A stretch of 64,000 nucleotides of DNA from a virus (taxonomy: Duplodnaviria; Heunggongvirae; Uroviricota; Caudoviricetes). Of this stretch, positions 63,786 through 64,000 are shown piece after piece (within the stretch, counting starts at the first letter, position 1; each line of letters begins with the position of its first letter). The notes below the pieces were generated by a model. It did no database searches. It was not told where the DNA came from and was given only the letters and a program-made list of their open reading frames with translations. The translations under genes and the position numbers were made by a program. The stretch is taken from IMG/VR virus record IMGVR_UViG_3300018065_000012. One strand, 5' to 3'.

Positions 63786-64000
63786 ATGGAAAAAATCGCA
63801 AGAGAGATTTTGGAGATAGCAAATAGAATAGCGGCATCTGGGAAACCGGGAGCAAAGCCTTGTTTGAAGAAATTGAGAAGTGCGATGACGCATTTGGACA
63901 AGGCTCAAATGGAATTTGTTGATGCTGTTGATTTATTTCCTGAAGTTGAGGGTAACAAGAAACACGAGCAGATGAAAAAGAGAATGAAAGCAATAGAAAA
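63786..64000 (+). CDS. Hypothetical protein (3'-partial)
   Basis: MEKIAREILEIANRIAA.. open to the window end; not in ORF track. Confidence 0.55.
   Translation, partial: MEKIAREILEIANRIAASGKPGAKPCLKKLRSAMTHLDKAQMEFVDAVDLFPEVEGNKKHEQMKKRMKAIE

Overview
This window looks like the accessory/early region of a large bacteriophage. All credible genes are on the + strand, densely packed, and mostly small. No structural, rRNA, tRNA or CRISPR loci are recognisable. The left half (1-33387, open at the left edge) is one tandem array of about 105 paralogous Cys-rich microproteins (manual count, including partial, fused and degenerate copies). Their pattern is MLSKxxCxxC-(variable)-C-(hypervariable)-PPxxCPxxLEHLMETQ. 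Units are translationally coupled through a junction that encodes the C-terminus, the RBS and the overlapping stop/start at once. Unrelated cargo genes are slotted between junctions: an Apyc1-like MBL hydrolase, two Nudix hydrolases, a CX5R phosphatase, an HNH endonuclease, an HExxH protein and a Lar-like protein. The array contains pseudogenes, deletion remnants, chimeras, fusions and a distinct CPxxLEL subfamily block. I do not recognise this family, and it is the main candidate novel system. The right half (33.5-64 kb) has transcription units headed by six copies of a fixed-length 36-bp bipartite promoter-like motif. It encodes an ATP-dependent DNA ligase, a PHP-less PolX, a CobT-like vWA and CobS-like AAA+ pair, a 3D-domain protein, a WGR protein, a histone-like protein, an RNAP alpha-CTD-like protein and several structured intergenic RNA candidates. 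All family assignments come from motif recognition without database searches.
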